Assembly: GCA_965237415.1 (NCBI GenBank)
Contig: CBDEFM010000002.1
Coordinates: 2,048,001 to 2,112,000, forward strand
Direction of reading: 5' to 3'
DNA: 64,000 nt
Source: Alphaproteobacteria bacterium
Lineage (GTDB): Bacteria > Pseudomonadota > Alphaproteobacteria > UBA828
This document shows, piece by piece, positions 9,505 through 19,109 of the stretch. Every line of letters begins with the position of its first letter. The stretch's first letter is position 1. A program made the translations under genes and the position numbers. The notes under the pieces were generated by a model that did not search any database, had not been told where the DNA came from, and saw only the letters and a program-made list of their open reading frames with translations.

Positions 9505-10298
9505 GGTGCGTCGCCCACCGGCTGAACGGTGCCGCCCACCACCGAGAAGGCCAAGGAATGAACATGGCCTTGCTGCACGCTGACCGGACCCAGGGAGTCG
9601 ATCTCGTTGAACTCGGATCGGCCGAATTCGAGGGTTGCGGAGCCTCTGAACACCGTGCCGAGCGCGAAGTCCGCCACCTTGGCGCGCTGGAACTCGTGCA
9701 CTGATGGCGCCGTGCCACAGATCGATGGGAAGAGGCGCGTGTGGAGCGGCGGTCTTGCCACCGACGGCGGATAGAAGCTCTCGACTGTTTCTTCGAGGGT
9801 GACGCTCAGCGTGACCAGCCGTCGCCCGAGCTGGGACACGTGCGCAGCGAAGCGGGAGCCGATCGCCTTGCGGACCCCGCCGCGCCCAATCTCGACCGGG
9901 CGAGTCATGAAGATCTCGCCGAGCTTCTTGGGGAAGCCCTGAACGTGCCCCCGTATGAGCGAAAGCTCGCTGTCCACCCAGATATAGGGGATACGGCTTA
10001 CCTTCTTCTCTTGGAAGAGCCCGTAGAGCACGCAATAGGCCTCATGATACTGCCCCATGGCGGGGTCGTCGCCGATGCGGGGATCGCGATCTGCGGACGA
10101 GCACCAGTCGGCGAAGACAAAGCTTCCGCTCCCGTCCCCCATCGGGGACATGCCGGGCGGTAGAAGTTCTGCGACCTGCGCGGGATCCGCAGTGAAGTCG
10201 GCCGAAATAATCTCGCCGGAATAGTGCCAAGGCGGTGGCGGCAACAGCGACGACTTGCCAGTCGGGCTTTGCGGGAGCGTCCATCCCTTCAGGGCCAT
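9501..10298 (-). CDS. Acetoacetate decarboxylase-like (ADC superfamily) protein
   Basis: PPPPWHYSG, YIWVD and RGxxQGFPKKLG (Schiff-base Lys) motifs. Confidence 0.85.
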   Translation of the reverse strand: MALKGWTLPQSPTGKSSLLPPPPWHYSGEIISADFTADPAQVAELLPPGMSPMGDGSGSFVFADWCSSADRDPRIGDDPAMGQYHEAYCVLYGLFQEKKVSRIPYIWVDSELSLIRGHVQGFPKKLGEIFMTRPVEIGRGGVRKAIGSRFAAHVSQLGRRLVTLSVTLEETVESFYPPSVARPPLHTRLFPSICGTAPSVHEFQRAKVADFALGTVFRGSATLEFGRSEFNEIDSLGPVSVQQGHVHSLAFSVVGGTVQPVGDAP

Positions 10299-10313
10299 GC
10301 TCGTTCCCTTCCG

Positions 10314-11189
10314 TCAACGCGCGCCGTCTCGGTCCTCGAGGTCGAAGACCACATGGACCTGGCCCGTGCCAATCGAGTTCTCGTAAGCGGAGTAGCGCTC
10401 GCCAGGGGCCTCGCACGCACGGCCGCCAATGGCGCCGAGCAGCATCAGGTAGTGGGCGAATCGCCCCTCCGGCGCATGGCTGCGGTAAGCGGGGTAAAAG
10501 TCGCAGACCGCGGCATGGTCGCCGCGCTCCCAGCAGTCAAGCACGTGGAGGTCCGCGGCGCGCGCTTCCGGCGTGATGACGTGGCTCGGGTCGTAGTCCT
10601 GGTGATCGAACAGGGCCCGCAGGGGCCAGAACCGATGCGAAAGGCCGCCGCTACCCATAAGAGCGACGCGAGCCGGTGTGCGCTCGATCGCGGCGGCGAT
10701 CACGTCGCCGAAGGCGAGATAGTCGTCGAGCTCCGCGGTCTGACAGACGCCCACGGACAGGACTTTCTCGTCGCGGCGCATGTGGTGGACGAGATTGATG
10801 GTGGGATAGTGGCGGGGCAGCGTCGGCGAGGTGGCGTTGGTCATCCTGATGCGCCGTTCCTTCGCCACGCTCCGGATCGCTTTGGCAAGCTCCGGCGCAC
10901 CTGCGTAGTCGAACGGGAGCTCGTGTATGACCCGGGGCAGCTCCTCGGAGGTGTAGACGCCCCGATGGTGCCCGGCGCCGGCGATAACATGCTCGGTGGT
11001 GGTGAACCAGTGGGTATCGAAGATCACCCAGCAATCGACCGCCTTGGCCTCGAAATGGGCCCGAAGTCTCCGGTAGCCCTCGACAAGAGTGGTGTCTTGC
11101 CCGCTGCCGCCGAGCCTCCGCCGGACATCCTCCTCCAGCATCACGGTCGGCACGTGGCCCACCACCGCCGCGCTCACGATCTCACCCAT
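10314..11189 (-). CDS. LigB-family extradiol dioxygenase (HpaD / homoprotocatechuate 2,3-dioxygenase-like)
   Basis: MGEIVSAAVVGHVPT, FDTHWFTT, SGGLSHRFWPL, ENSIGTGQVHV. Confidence 0.88.
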   Translation of the reverse strand: MGEIVSAAVVGHVPTVMLEEDVRRRLGGSGQDTTLVEGYRRLRAHFEAKAVDCWVIFDTHWFTTTEHVIAGAGHHRGVYTSEELPRVIHELPFDYAGAPELAKAIRSVAKERRIRMTNATSPTLPRHYPTINLVHHMRRDEKVLSVGVCQTAELDDYLAFGDVIAAAIERTPARVALMGSGGLSHRFWPLRALFDHQDYDPSHVITPEARAADLHVLDCWERGDHAAVCDFYPAYRSHAPEGRFAHYLMLLGAIGGRACEAPGERYSAYENSIGTGQVHVVFDLEDRDGAR

Positions 11190-11400
11190 GCGGCGGGCTC
11201 CCGAAGCTTGCTCTCCGGATCGCCACATTCTTGACGTCGCAGAAGAAATCGAAGCTCCAGCGCCCGCCCTCGCGACCGATGCCGGAGATGCCGGTGCCCC
11301 CGAACGGGGCGGACAGGTCGCGAACGAAGAAGCAGTTGACCCACACGGTGCCCGCGACGATAGCGACATCGACGGAGGCGATACGAAGGAGGTCCGACAT
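11182..11400 (-). pseudogene. Aldehyde dehydrogenase remnant (HpaE / hydroxymuconic semialdehyde dehydrogenase-like), internal deletion
   Basis: 72-aa ORF: MSDLLRIASVDVA joined to the ALDH C-terminus GTVWVNCFFVRDLSAPFGG..SGIGREGG..FFCDVKNV. Confidence 0.85.
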
Positions 11401-11402
11401 CT

Positions 11403-12860
11403 TTACTGTGGCGCGGCGTCCAGATGCGCCCAGAATGCAGGAACCTGAGCCCACTCGCGATCCTTCTGGGCCGCGATATGGGCCAGGGTAAATGAGCGTG
11501 CGGCCGAAGCGAGATAGTAGCGCTCATAGAGCTCCGTTCGCGCGCCGAGCGCGGAGCCGGCGAAATCCCAAGCGGTCCGGAACAGGCGGCTTCGCTCCTC
11601 GGCATCGCCGTCGTCGACACCCGGCAGATAGCGCTCGAGCCAGGGCCGGAGGTCGGCATGCTCGAGACCGGCCTTCGAGGGTGTCGCGAGCAGATTGTGC
11701 GAGGCAATGAGCTTAATGATCTCGTTCACCCGAGGCATCCATCCCGGCAGCGTCGGGCGCAGCGCTCGGAACGGGCCTTCTTCGCAGAACCAGGTGCCGT
11801 CGCCGAATTCGTGGGCGTCGGCCTCCGCCGCGCGGATGGCGGCGCGGGTGAGTTCGGCATAGCTCCAAATCTCCCCCAGCATCTGCATCACGTCGGGCCG
11901 GCGGTTCTGGCCGATGGTTTCGGCCATGCGGCAACATAGCTCATAGGCGAACTCAAGCTTCACCATCGCCCGAATGCAGGTCTGCTGCATGACGTTGCCG
12001 GTCCAGCCCCGCGCCATGACCGCGTTGTAGGTTGCCGGATCGCCGTCCAGGAACACGCGGTGCCGGGGTATTTCCACATCGTCGAACACGACGAAGGCAT
12101 CCTGTTCGTCGAAGCGGGACGAGAACGGCTTGTCGAACGGGTCGACGTCGACGCCGTAATGGTCCCGGCAGATCATCTTGAGGCCGGGCGTCGAGAGCGG
12201 AATCGAGAAGACGAGAGCGACGTCGTGGCGATCCTTCGGGATGGGCTGGCCGGGATAGACGGCGATCTCGTCGGCGAAGGGGCCGAGCGTGGCGAGGATC
12301 CGGGCGCCGCGCACCACGATCCCCTCGCTGGTCTCGCCCACCTTCTTGAGCGCCACCTCGCCGTTGACGCCGTCATAGGGGGCGATCCGCCCATCCACGG
12401 TGGGGTGAATGATGGTATGGGTCAGCGCGAGGTCCTTCTCGGCAACATGGCGCTGAAAGGCAGCAAGGTTCTCGGCGCCCTCGGCATTGCCATTGGCGGA
12501 CCAGACACTCGGCTGGCCGGCAAATCCGGCAAAGGTAAGGTTCACGTAGTCGGGCGTGCGGCCCAGCATGCCTGCGCTGTAACGCGCCAGTCGTTCGAGA
12601 CCGCGGTGGCGCCGGCTTAGATCGTCGGTGCTGCGCGGGATCAGATGGCTGATGCCGGTCGGTCGGTTCGAGACCGGATCGGCGATGATGCACTCTTCGG
12701 CGTGGCGGTGCTGCCAATCGAAGAAGCCGGATATCCCCTGGATTGAGCCCCTGAAGGCCGGGTGCTCGGTAACGTCTTGCACCCTTTCGCCGCCGATCCA
12801 GACCTCGCGGCCGTCACCGCGCAGACCGTCGACGTATTCGGCACCGGTTCTCGTCGCCAT
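11403..12860 (-). CDS. 4-hydroxyphenylacetate 3-hydroxylase (HpaB)-family flavin monooxygenase
   Basis: GREVWIGGERV, GRTPDY, VVRGARILATLGP, SRFDEQDAFVVFDDV, R.ELYERYY. Confidence 0.92.
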   Translation of the reverse strand: MATRTGAEYVDGLRGDGREVWIGGERVQDVTEHPAFRGSIQGISGFFDWQHRHAEECIIADPVSNRPTGISHLIPRSTDDLSRRHRGLERLARYSAGMLGRTPDYVNLTFAGFAGQPSVWSANGNAEGAENLAAFQRHVAEKDLALTHTIIHPTVDGRIAPYDGVNGEVALKKVGETSEGIVVRGARILATLGPFADEIAVYPGQPIPKDRHDVALVFSIPLSTPGLKMICRDHYGVDVDPFDKPFSSRFDEQDAFVVFDDVEIPRHRVFLDGDPATYNAVMARGWTGNVMQQTCIRAMVKLEFAYELCCRMAETIGQNRRPDVMQMLGEIWSYAELTRAAIRAAEADAHEFGDGTWFCEEGPFRALRPTLPGWMPRVNEIIKLIASHNLLATPSKAGLEHADLRPWLERYLPGVDDGDAEERSRLFRTAWDFAGSALGARTELYERYYLASAARSFTLAHIAAQKDREWAQVPAFWAHLDAAPQ

Positions 12861-12871
12861 GGGACACATTG

Positions 12872-12885
12872 GTTTGATATCAAAC
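12872..12885. promoter_or_regulatory. Perfect palindrome GTTTGATATCAAAC, probable repressor operator of the hpa-like operon
   Basis: AT-rich perfect 14-bp inverted repeat about 12 bp upstream of the hpaB-like start. Confidence 0.6.
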
Positions 12886-13126
12886 TATCTGATCCTAAAT
12901 CGTGTGGCCGGGGCCGTCAACCCGTGAGAAGTCACCCGTGAGAAGTCTGCCGGGTCGAGGGGATGGCCTTATCGCTCGTCCGCGCAGTGAACCTGAAAAA
13001 ACCGCTTCCCCAAGCCCAATCCCGCAGTGCTAATCTCGCTCATGGATGCCTCCGCGATCCGTGTTCCGGTCTACCACGACCTGACTGGCACTATGATGCC
13101 GTAAGACGCGGGGGCATCCGTTCCAT

Positions 13127-13147
13127 CTGGTGAGAAATACGGGCTAG
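13127..13147 (+). repeat. Solo terminus of the CTAG MITE-like family
   Basis: CTGGTGAGAAATACGGGCTA is identical to 41928-41947. Confidence 0.7.
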
Positions 13148-13177
13148 GCGACGCGGCGTTTCGGTGCAGGGGGAAGC

Positions 13178-14800
13178 ATGGCGGACGAGCATGATTTCGT
13201 CGTGATCGGCGGCGGCACCGCCGGCTGCGTGCTGGCCAACCGGCTCTCGGCCGATCCCAAGACCAGTGTCGCGCTGCTGGAGGCCGGCGGCGCGGCGCGC
13301 CATCCCTTCATCCACATCCCGCTGATGGCGGGGCTCGTCTACTTCATGCGCTCGATCAACTGGAGCTACGAGACCGAGCCGGAGCCCCATCTCGACGGGC
13401 GGCGCATCCCCTGGCCGCGCGGCAAGGTGCTGGGCGGCACCTCTGCGATCAACGGCATGATGTACATGCGCGGCAACCGCCTGGATTACGACGGCTGGCG
13501 CCAGCTCGGCCTCGACGGCTGGGACTACGAGAGCGTGCTGCCCTACTTCAAGCGGGCCGAGGGCCACGGCTCGCGCCGCGACGCCTACCATGGCACCGAC
13601 GGCCCGCTCCGAGTTAATCGCGCCCAGTCGAAGAACCCGCTCTACGACGTCTTCCTCGAGGCCTGCGAGGCGCTTGGCCTGCCGCGCAACGACGATTTCA
13701 ACGGCGCGGTGCAGGAAGGCGTCGGCCGGCAGGATTTTTGCGTCGACCGGGGCCGCCGCGTGAACACCGGCCATGCGTTCATCCTGCCGGTGCGTGAGCG
13801 GCCCAATCTGCGCGTCGTGCTGCGCGCCCATGTGGAGCGCCTGCTCTTCGAGGGCCGGCGCTGCGTGGGGGTGACCTACTGCCGGGGCGGGCAACGGCGC
13901 GAAGTTCGCGCGCGGCGCGAGGTGATCCTCTCAGCCGGCACCATCAACTCGCCCCAGGTGCTGCAGCTCTCGGGCGTCGGCGCGCCGGAGCATCTCGGCC
14001 AGCTCGGCATCCCGGTCGTGGCGGAAAGCCCCGACGTCGGGCGCAACCTGCAGGATCACGCAGGCGTCTACGTCCAAAATGCATGCACGCAGCCGGTCGC
14101 GCTCTACGGCCTGCTTCGGCCCGACCGCGCGGCGCTCGCCTGCTTGCGCGCCTACCTCTTCGGCACGGGCCCCGGCACCTCGATCGCGCTGGAGGCCGGC
14201 GGCTTCGCGCGCTCCCGAGAGGAACTCGATGCGCCCGATTTGCAGGTCACCTTCATCCCCGGTCTCACCCTTGACGTGACGCGCAAGAAGCAGGGTCGGC
14301 ACGGTTTCCTCACCCACTGCTACCAGCTCAGGCCCGAGAGCCGCGGCGAGATCCGCATCACCGCCGCCGATGCGAGCCTGCCGCCGGCGATCCACGCCAA
14401 CGCCTTGGCCGCCGAAACCGACCGTCGGGTCATGCGCGATGCCGTCCGGTTTGCGCGGCGGATCATGGCCCAGGCGCCCTTCGACCCCTACCGCGGCCAC
14501 GAGATCGCGCCCGGCAGCGAGGCGCAGTCGGACGACGCGATCGATACCTGGATCAGAGCCAATCTCACGACCGTCTGGCACCCGGTCGGCACCTGCCGCA
14601 TGGGCCGGGACGAGACGGCCGTGGTCGACGCCCAGTTGCGGCTGCGCGGTGCGGAGGGGCTGAGAGTCGTCGATGCCTCCGTCATGCCGCTCATCACCAG
14701 CAGCAACACCGCGGCCCCCACCATCATGATCGCGGAGAAGGCGGCCGACATGATTCTGGGCAAGCCGCCGCTCCCCGCCGAAGCCCCCGCCGGCACCTGA
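13178..14800 (+). CDS. GMC oxidoreductase (choline dehydrogenase-like)
   Basis: IGGGTAGCVLANRL, PRGKVLGGTSAINGM, VGRNLQDH, WHPVGTCRMG, LRVVDAS. Confidence 0.93.
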   Translation: MADEHDFVVIGGGTAGCVLANRLSADPKTSVALLEAGGAARHPFIHIPLMAGLVYFMRSINWSYETEPEPHLDGRRIPWPRGKVLGGTSAINGMMYMRGNRLDYDGWRQLGLDGWDYESVLPYFKRAEGHGSRRDAYHGTDGPLRVNRAQSKNPLYDVFLEACEALGLPRNDDFNGAVQEGVGRQDFCVDRGRRVNTGHAFILPVRERPNLRVVLRAHVERLLFEGRRCVGVTYCRGGQRREVRARREVILSAGTINSPQVLQLSGVGAPEHLGQLGIPVVAESPDVGRNLQDHAGVYVQNACTQPVALYGLLRPDRAALACLRAYLFGTGPGTSIALEAGGFARSREELDAPDLQVTFIPGLTLDVTRKKQGRHGFLTHCYQLRPESRGEIRITAADASLPPAIHANALAAETDRRVMRDAVRFARRIMAQAPFDPYRGHEIAPGSEAQSDDAIDTWIRANLTTVWHPVGTCRMGRDETAVVDAQLRLRGAEGLRVVDASVMPLITSSNTAAPTIMIAEKAADMILGKPPLPAEAPAGT

Positions 14801-14855
14801 AGGCGCAAGTCGGCGCGCCCTTCCCCGCTCGGAGGGCCTAGCCTACAACAGCCGC

Positions 14856-15748
14856 ATGGTCCCCCCTCGATCCACGTCGGCCGCGCCGCTCGTCGGCGTC
14901 CTCTACATGTGCGTGGCCGCCGGCTTCGGGCTGCCGGGGCTCAACGCCCTCGTGAAGTTGCTCATCGCCGACTACCACATGGCGCAGATCATCTGGTTCC
15001 GCTGCGTCGTGCACCTTGGGTTGATGGTGGCGCTCTTCATGCCGGCGATGGGGTTCAGGCTCTTCGCGAGCCGCCGCCGTGGCTTCAGTCGATCCGCTCG
15101 CTCACCCAGCTCGTCACCTTCACGCTGATCTGGGTCTCACTCTTCTGGACGCCGATCACGACCGTCACGATGGTGCTCTTCACCGGGCCGCTGATACTGG
15201 TGGCACTCTCCGTGCCCTTCCTCGGCGAGCGGGTGGGGCCACGCCGCTGGGCGGCGGTCTTCGTCGGCTTCGCCGGCGTGCTGATCGTGCTCCGCCCCGG
15301 CTCCGACGCGGTGCACTGGGGCGCGCTGCTCGTCCTCGGCGGCGCGTTCTTCTATGCGATCTATCAGATCCAGACCCGCAAGCTCGCGGGCTACGACGAT
15401 CCGCGCACGACGGCGGTCTATACGATCCTGGCCGCGTTCATCGTAGCGACCGTCGCGGTGCCGTTCTTCTGGGAAATGCCGCGGAATACGGTGGACTGGT
15501 TGTTGTTCCTGGCGCTCGGCGTGGTGGGCGGGCTCGCCCACTATTTCATCATCAAGGCCTATCAGTACGCCGAGGCGTCGCTCGTCGGTCCCTTCGACTA
15601 CAGCCAGCTCGTCGGCGCGAGCATCTTCGGCTTCCTGCTCTTCGGCGAGGTCCCGGATACGTGGACCTGGGTCGGCGCCGCCGTGATCATCGCAAGCGGC
15701 CTCTACATCGCCCACCGGGAAGCACGGCTCAGGAGGACGGCGGCCTGA
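14856..15748 (+). pseudogene. DMT/EamA family transporter, frameshifted near 15075
   Basis: N-terminal ORF (LNALVKLL..QIIWFR) and C-terminal ORF (LGERVGPRRW..PFDYSQL) lie in different frames; paralogous to 15803-16720. Confidence 0.8.
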
Positions 15749-15802
15749 CCCTACGGGCGCCCTGCTCTGGCACGGCCAAGGGCGATCCCATAGAACGAAA
15801 CG

Positions 15803-16720
15803 ATGACCATCGCGCCCGCGCGCCTCGACGATTCATTCCGAGGCATCGTCTTCATGTGCCTCACCGCCATCGTCGTCTTTCCGTTTCTCAACGCGTTGGT
15901 CAAGTATCTGCTCTCGAACGATTATTCGATCGTGCAGATCATGTGGATGCGCTCGATCTTCCACATGGTGTGGATGCTTGCGCTGTTCCTGCCCTATGGC
16001 GGCATCCGCCTGCTGCGCAGCAACCGGCCGGGCCTGCAGCTCGTCCGCTCCGCGCTCCAATTCATCGCGCTGGTGCTCTACATCATCGCTCTCTCGCACG
16101 CGCCGCTCACCGCGGTGACGATGGCCTTCTTCACGGCGCCGCTCATGGTGGTCGCGCTCTCGGTGCCGATGCTGGGGGAGCGCGTGGGGCCCAGACGCTG
16201 GGCTGCCGTCGCGGTGGGCTTCGCCGGTGCGGCCGTGATCTTCCGGCCCGGCGGCGAGGTCATCCACTGGTCGTTTCTTCTGGTGCTGGGGGCCGCCGCC
16301 GCGTACGCCCTCTTCCAGATTCAGACACGCCAGCTCGCGAACCAGGACGACTACCGCACGACCGCGATCTACACGATCGTCGTGGCGCTGGTGGGAACCA
16401 CCGTCGCCGGGCCGTTCTTCTGGACGTGGCCGGCGTCACTGGCTCACTGGGGTGCCTTCATCGGCCTCGGCCTGTTCGGCGGCTTCGGCCACTTCTGCGT
16501 CATCAAGGCCTACGAGTACGGCCGCGCCTCGGTGGTGGGCCCCTTCGACTACGGCCAGCTGATCGGCGCAGCGGCGGTCGGATTCCTCTGGTTCGGCGAG
16601 GTCGTCGATATTTGGACCTGGCTGGGCGCAGCCATAATCGTGGCCAGCGGGCTCTACATCGCGCGCCGTGAGGCGGTGCACGGCGGCGGCCCGGGGCCGA
16701 AGGCGAGCCTCGGCCCGTGA
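15803..16720 (+). CDS. DMT/EamA family transporter
   Basis: About 10 TM segments; LGERVGPRRWAAV, ASVVGPFDYGQL. Confidence 0.9.
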   Translation: MTIAPARLDDSFRGIVFMCLTAIVVFPFLNALVKYLLSNDYSIVQIMWMRSIFHMVWMLALFLPYGGIRLLRSNRPGLQLVRSALQFIALVLYIIALSHAPLTAVTMAFFTAPLMVVALSVPMLGERVGPRRWAAVAVGFAGAAVIFRPGGEVIHWSFLLVLGAAAAYALFQIQTRQLANQDDYRTTAIYTIVVALVGTTVAGPFFWTWPASLAHWGAFIGLGLFGGFGHFCVIKAYEYGRASVVGPFDYGQLIGAAAVGFLWFGEVVDIWTWLGAAIIVASGLYIARREAVHGGGPGPKASLGP

Positions 16721-16742
16721 GACATGTCGTCTGCAGCCTCGA

Positions 16743-17612
16743 TCAGAACCGCTGACTGTGGTCCAGCTTATCGACCCAGAGCCTGTAGTTGTGCACCGAG
16801 AAGCGCTGGTATTCGACGACGTTGTAGAGGTAGGTGCCGTCTTCGATCCGCGCCGCGGCCTGCTCATAGCCTTCCTGGGTCACGGGCACGAACTTGATCC
16901 TGTCGCCGGGCTGGAACAGCACGATGTCGCCGCCAAAGGCATCGAAGCGCTTCTCGGTGTCCCAGATCGGCACCGGCGTGCGGCCGAGGAGCTGATAGCC
17001 GCCCGGCGTGTTGACCGGGTAGATCGCGCTCGCAGAGCCGCCCATGCCGACCGTGCCCTGGGGCGTCCAGGTGCGCGGCGGGTTGTATTTCGGCACGGTG
17101 ATCATCGCCCTCGGGTCGAGCGGCTGGAGGAACGGCAGCCCCGGCCAGAAGCCGAGGGAAGCGACCCAGTACTCGGAGCTCGAGTGGACGCGGACGAGCT
17201 GGTCGCGGTCGGCGAGGCCGTTCAAGCGCGCCACCAGGTCCGGGTCATATTCCTTGGGCGTGATCTTCTCGCTGTAGTCGTCGATGCATTCCTTGGTCCA
17301 GGGGTCGAGATACATCGTCTCGAACAGGAAGAGCCGGCTGTCGAGCTCGATGTCGTCGGTGGACCCCAAGCTCGCGATAAGCGCCTTCAGCTCCTTGATT
17401 ACGTCGTCGTAGGAGATCTCGCGCGGCTCGTAATGGACCAGCATCGAGGCGAAGCAGGGCGCGGTCTCGACGATGCCCTTGGTCTTGTCGGCGACGATCC
17501 GCGCCGCCAGCCCCTGGGCGATGAAGTTCAGCTCGAGGTTCATCTCGTTGCCGAACTCGATCAGGACGTAGCGGTCGCCACCTGGCAGGAATTTGGGCTC
17601 ATCGTAGATCAT
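16743..17612 (-). CDS. Carboxyltransferase / allophanate hydrolase subunit 1 (PxpB-like) protein
   Basis: GDRYVLIEFG, GFWPGLPFL, PKYNPPRTWTP, TPGGYQLLGRTP, PGDRIKF. Confidence 0.88.
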   Translation of the reverse strand: MIYDEPKFLPGGDRYVLIEFGNEMNLELNFIAQGLAARIVADKTKGIVETAPCFASMLVHYEPREISYDDVIKELKALIASLGSTDDIELDSRLFLFETMYLDPWTKECIDDYSEKITPKEYDPDLVARLNGLADRDQLVRVHSSSEYWVASLGFWPGLPFLQPLDPRAMITVPKYNPPRTWTPQGTVGMGGSASAIYPVNTPGGYQLLGRTPVPIWDTEKRFDAFGGDIVLFQPGDRIKFVPVTQEGYEQAAARIEDGTYLYNVVEYQRFSVHNYRLWVDKLDHSQRF

Positions 17613-17636
17613 GGCGCTGCTTTCTCAGGCGGGGGC

Positions 17637-18998
17637 TCAGGCGGCCATCAAATCGGACCGATGCTCGTCCACGAAGCCGGTATGGGTGTGGCCGGCGCGG
17701 AAGGCATCATGGGCTACAACCCGGCGCAGAAAGTCGATGTTGGTGACGATCCCCTCTATACGGAATTCACCGAGGGCCGTCAGCATCTTGTCGATGGCGC
17801 CGCCGCGGTCGCTCCCGTGCGCCACGAGCTTGGCGATCATGGGGTCGTAGAACGGCGTGATCCGGTCGCCTTCGGCAACGCCGGTATCGAGCCTGATGCC
17901 ATCACCCTCCGGCGGCGGCGCGAAGCGCTCCAGCAGGCCCGGCGATGGGAGGAAGTTCTTGTCCGGGTTCTCGGCGTAGATGCGGCACTCGATCGCGTGC
18001 CCATCGGGCCCCGCCGCCGGCGCGGACAGCTCCGACAAGTCCTCGCCCCGCGCGAGGCGGAGCTGAAGGCCCACCAGATCGAGGCCGGTAACCATCTCCG
18101 TCGCCGGGTGCTCGACCTGGATGCGCGTGTTCATCTCCAGGAAGTAGAACTCACCGTCCGGCGCCAGGATGAATTCGACCGTGCCGGCGCCGCGGTAGCG
18201 CTCCCGCCCCACCAGGGCAAGCGCAGCGTCCGTCATGCGGGCTCTGAGCGCAGGGTCTACCGCAGGCGACGGCGCCTCCTCGACGATCTTCTGAAAGCGC
18301 CGCTGCACCGAGCATTCGCGCTCCATGAGGTGGAATCCGCGCCCGTCGCCGTGCCCAAAAACCTGAATCTCGACATGGCGCGGCTGGAGCACCAGCTTCT
18401 CCAGGTAGACCGTGCCGTCGCCGAATGCCCTCTCGGCCATGGTCTGGGTGGCGCCGACGACGTCCGCGAGCTTGGCCGGATCGTCCACCTGCCGCATCCC
18501 GATGCCGCCGCCACCGGCCGACGCCTTCACCAGCAGTGGATAGCCGACCGCCGCCGCAGCCTCGTCGAGGCCCGAGAGGTCGTCTGCCGTGAGCCGGGCG
18601 CTGCCGGGGACGATGGGCAGGCCCGCGCCCTGGGCAATCGTGCGGGCGCGCTCCTTGTCGCCCATGGCGGCGATGTTCTCCGCCGTGGGGCCGACCCAGA
18701 TAAGGCCGCCGTCTTCCACGGCGCGTGCGAAGGTCGCGTTCTCGGCGAGGAAGCCGTAGCCCGGATGAATCGCATCGGCGCCGCTCTCGCGCGCCGCGGC
18801 GATGATCTTGTCGGCGACGAGGTAGCTCTCCTTCGCGGCCGCAGGCCCGATGGGGAGAGCCTCGTCGGCCTCGGCCACATGGCGGGCAGCGGCGTCCGCC
18901 TCCGAATAGACCGCCACCGTGGCGATGCCGAGCGACCGCGCGCTTCGCATGATCCGGCAGGCGATCTCGCCCCGGTTTGCGATCAGGAGTTTTTGCAT
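17637..18998 (-). CDS. Biotin carboxylase subunit
   Basis: KLLIANRGEIACR, AIHPGYGFLAEN, GGGGIGMR, FLEMNTRIQVEH, FYDPMIAKL. Confidence 0.93.
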   Translation of the reverse strand: MQKLLIANRGEIACRIMRSARSLGIATVAVYSEADAAARHVAEADEALPIGPAAAKESYLVADKIIAAARESGADAIHPGYGFLAENATFARAVEDGGLIWVGPTAENIAAMGDKERARTIAQGAGLPIVPGSARLTADDLSGLDEAAAAVGYPLLVKASAGGGGIGMRQVDDPAKLADVVGATQTMAERAFGDGTVYLEKLVLQPRHVEIQVFGHGDGRGFHLMERECSVQRRFQKIVEEAPSPAVDPALRARMTDAALALVGRERYRGAGTVEFILAPDGEFYFLEMNTRIQVEHPATEMVTGLDLVGLQLRLARGEDLSELSAPAAGPDGHAIECRIYAENPDKNFLPSPGLLERFAPPPEGDGIRLDTGVAEGDRITPFYDPMIAKLVAHGSDRGGAIDKMLTALGEFRIEGIVTNIDFLRRVVAHDAFRAGHTHTGFVDEHRSDLMAA

Positions 18999-19109
18999 CG
19001 GCACCGGGTTCACGTGCGGGACAAGGCCTGACGAGTAGCCTCGATCAACAGCCGGGCGAGAGGCTACCCGCCCCCTCCGGGCACCGCAAGCGGACCGCGT
19101 CACACGCGG

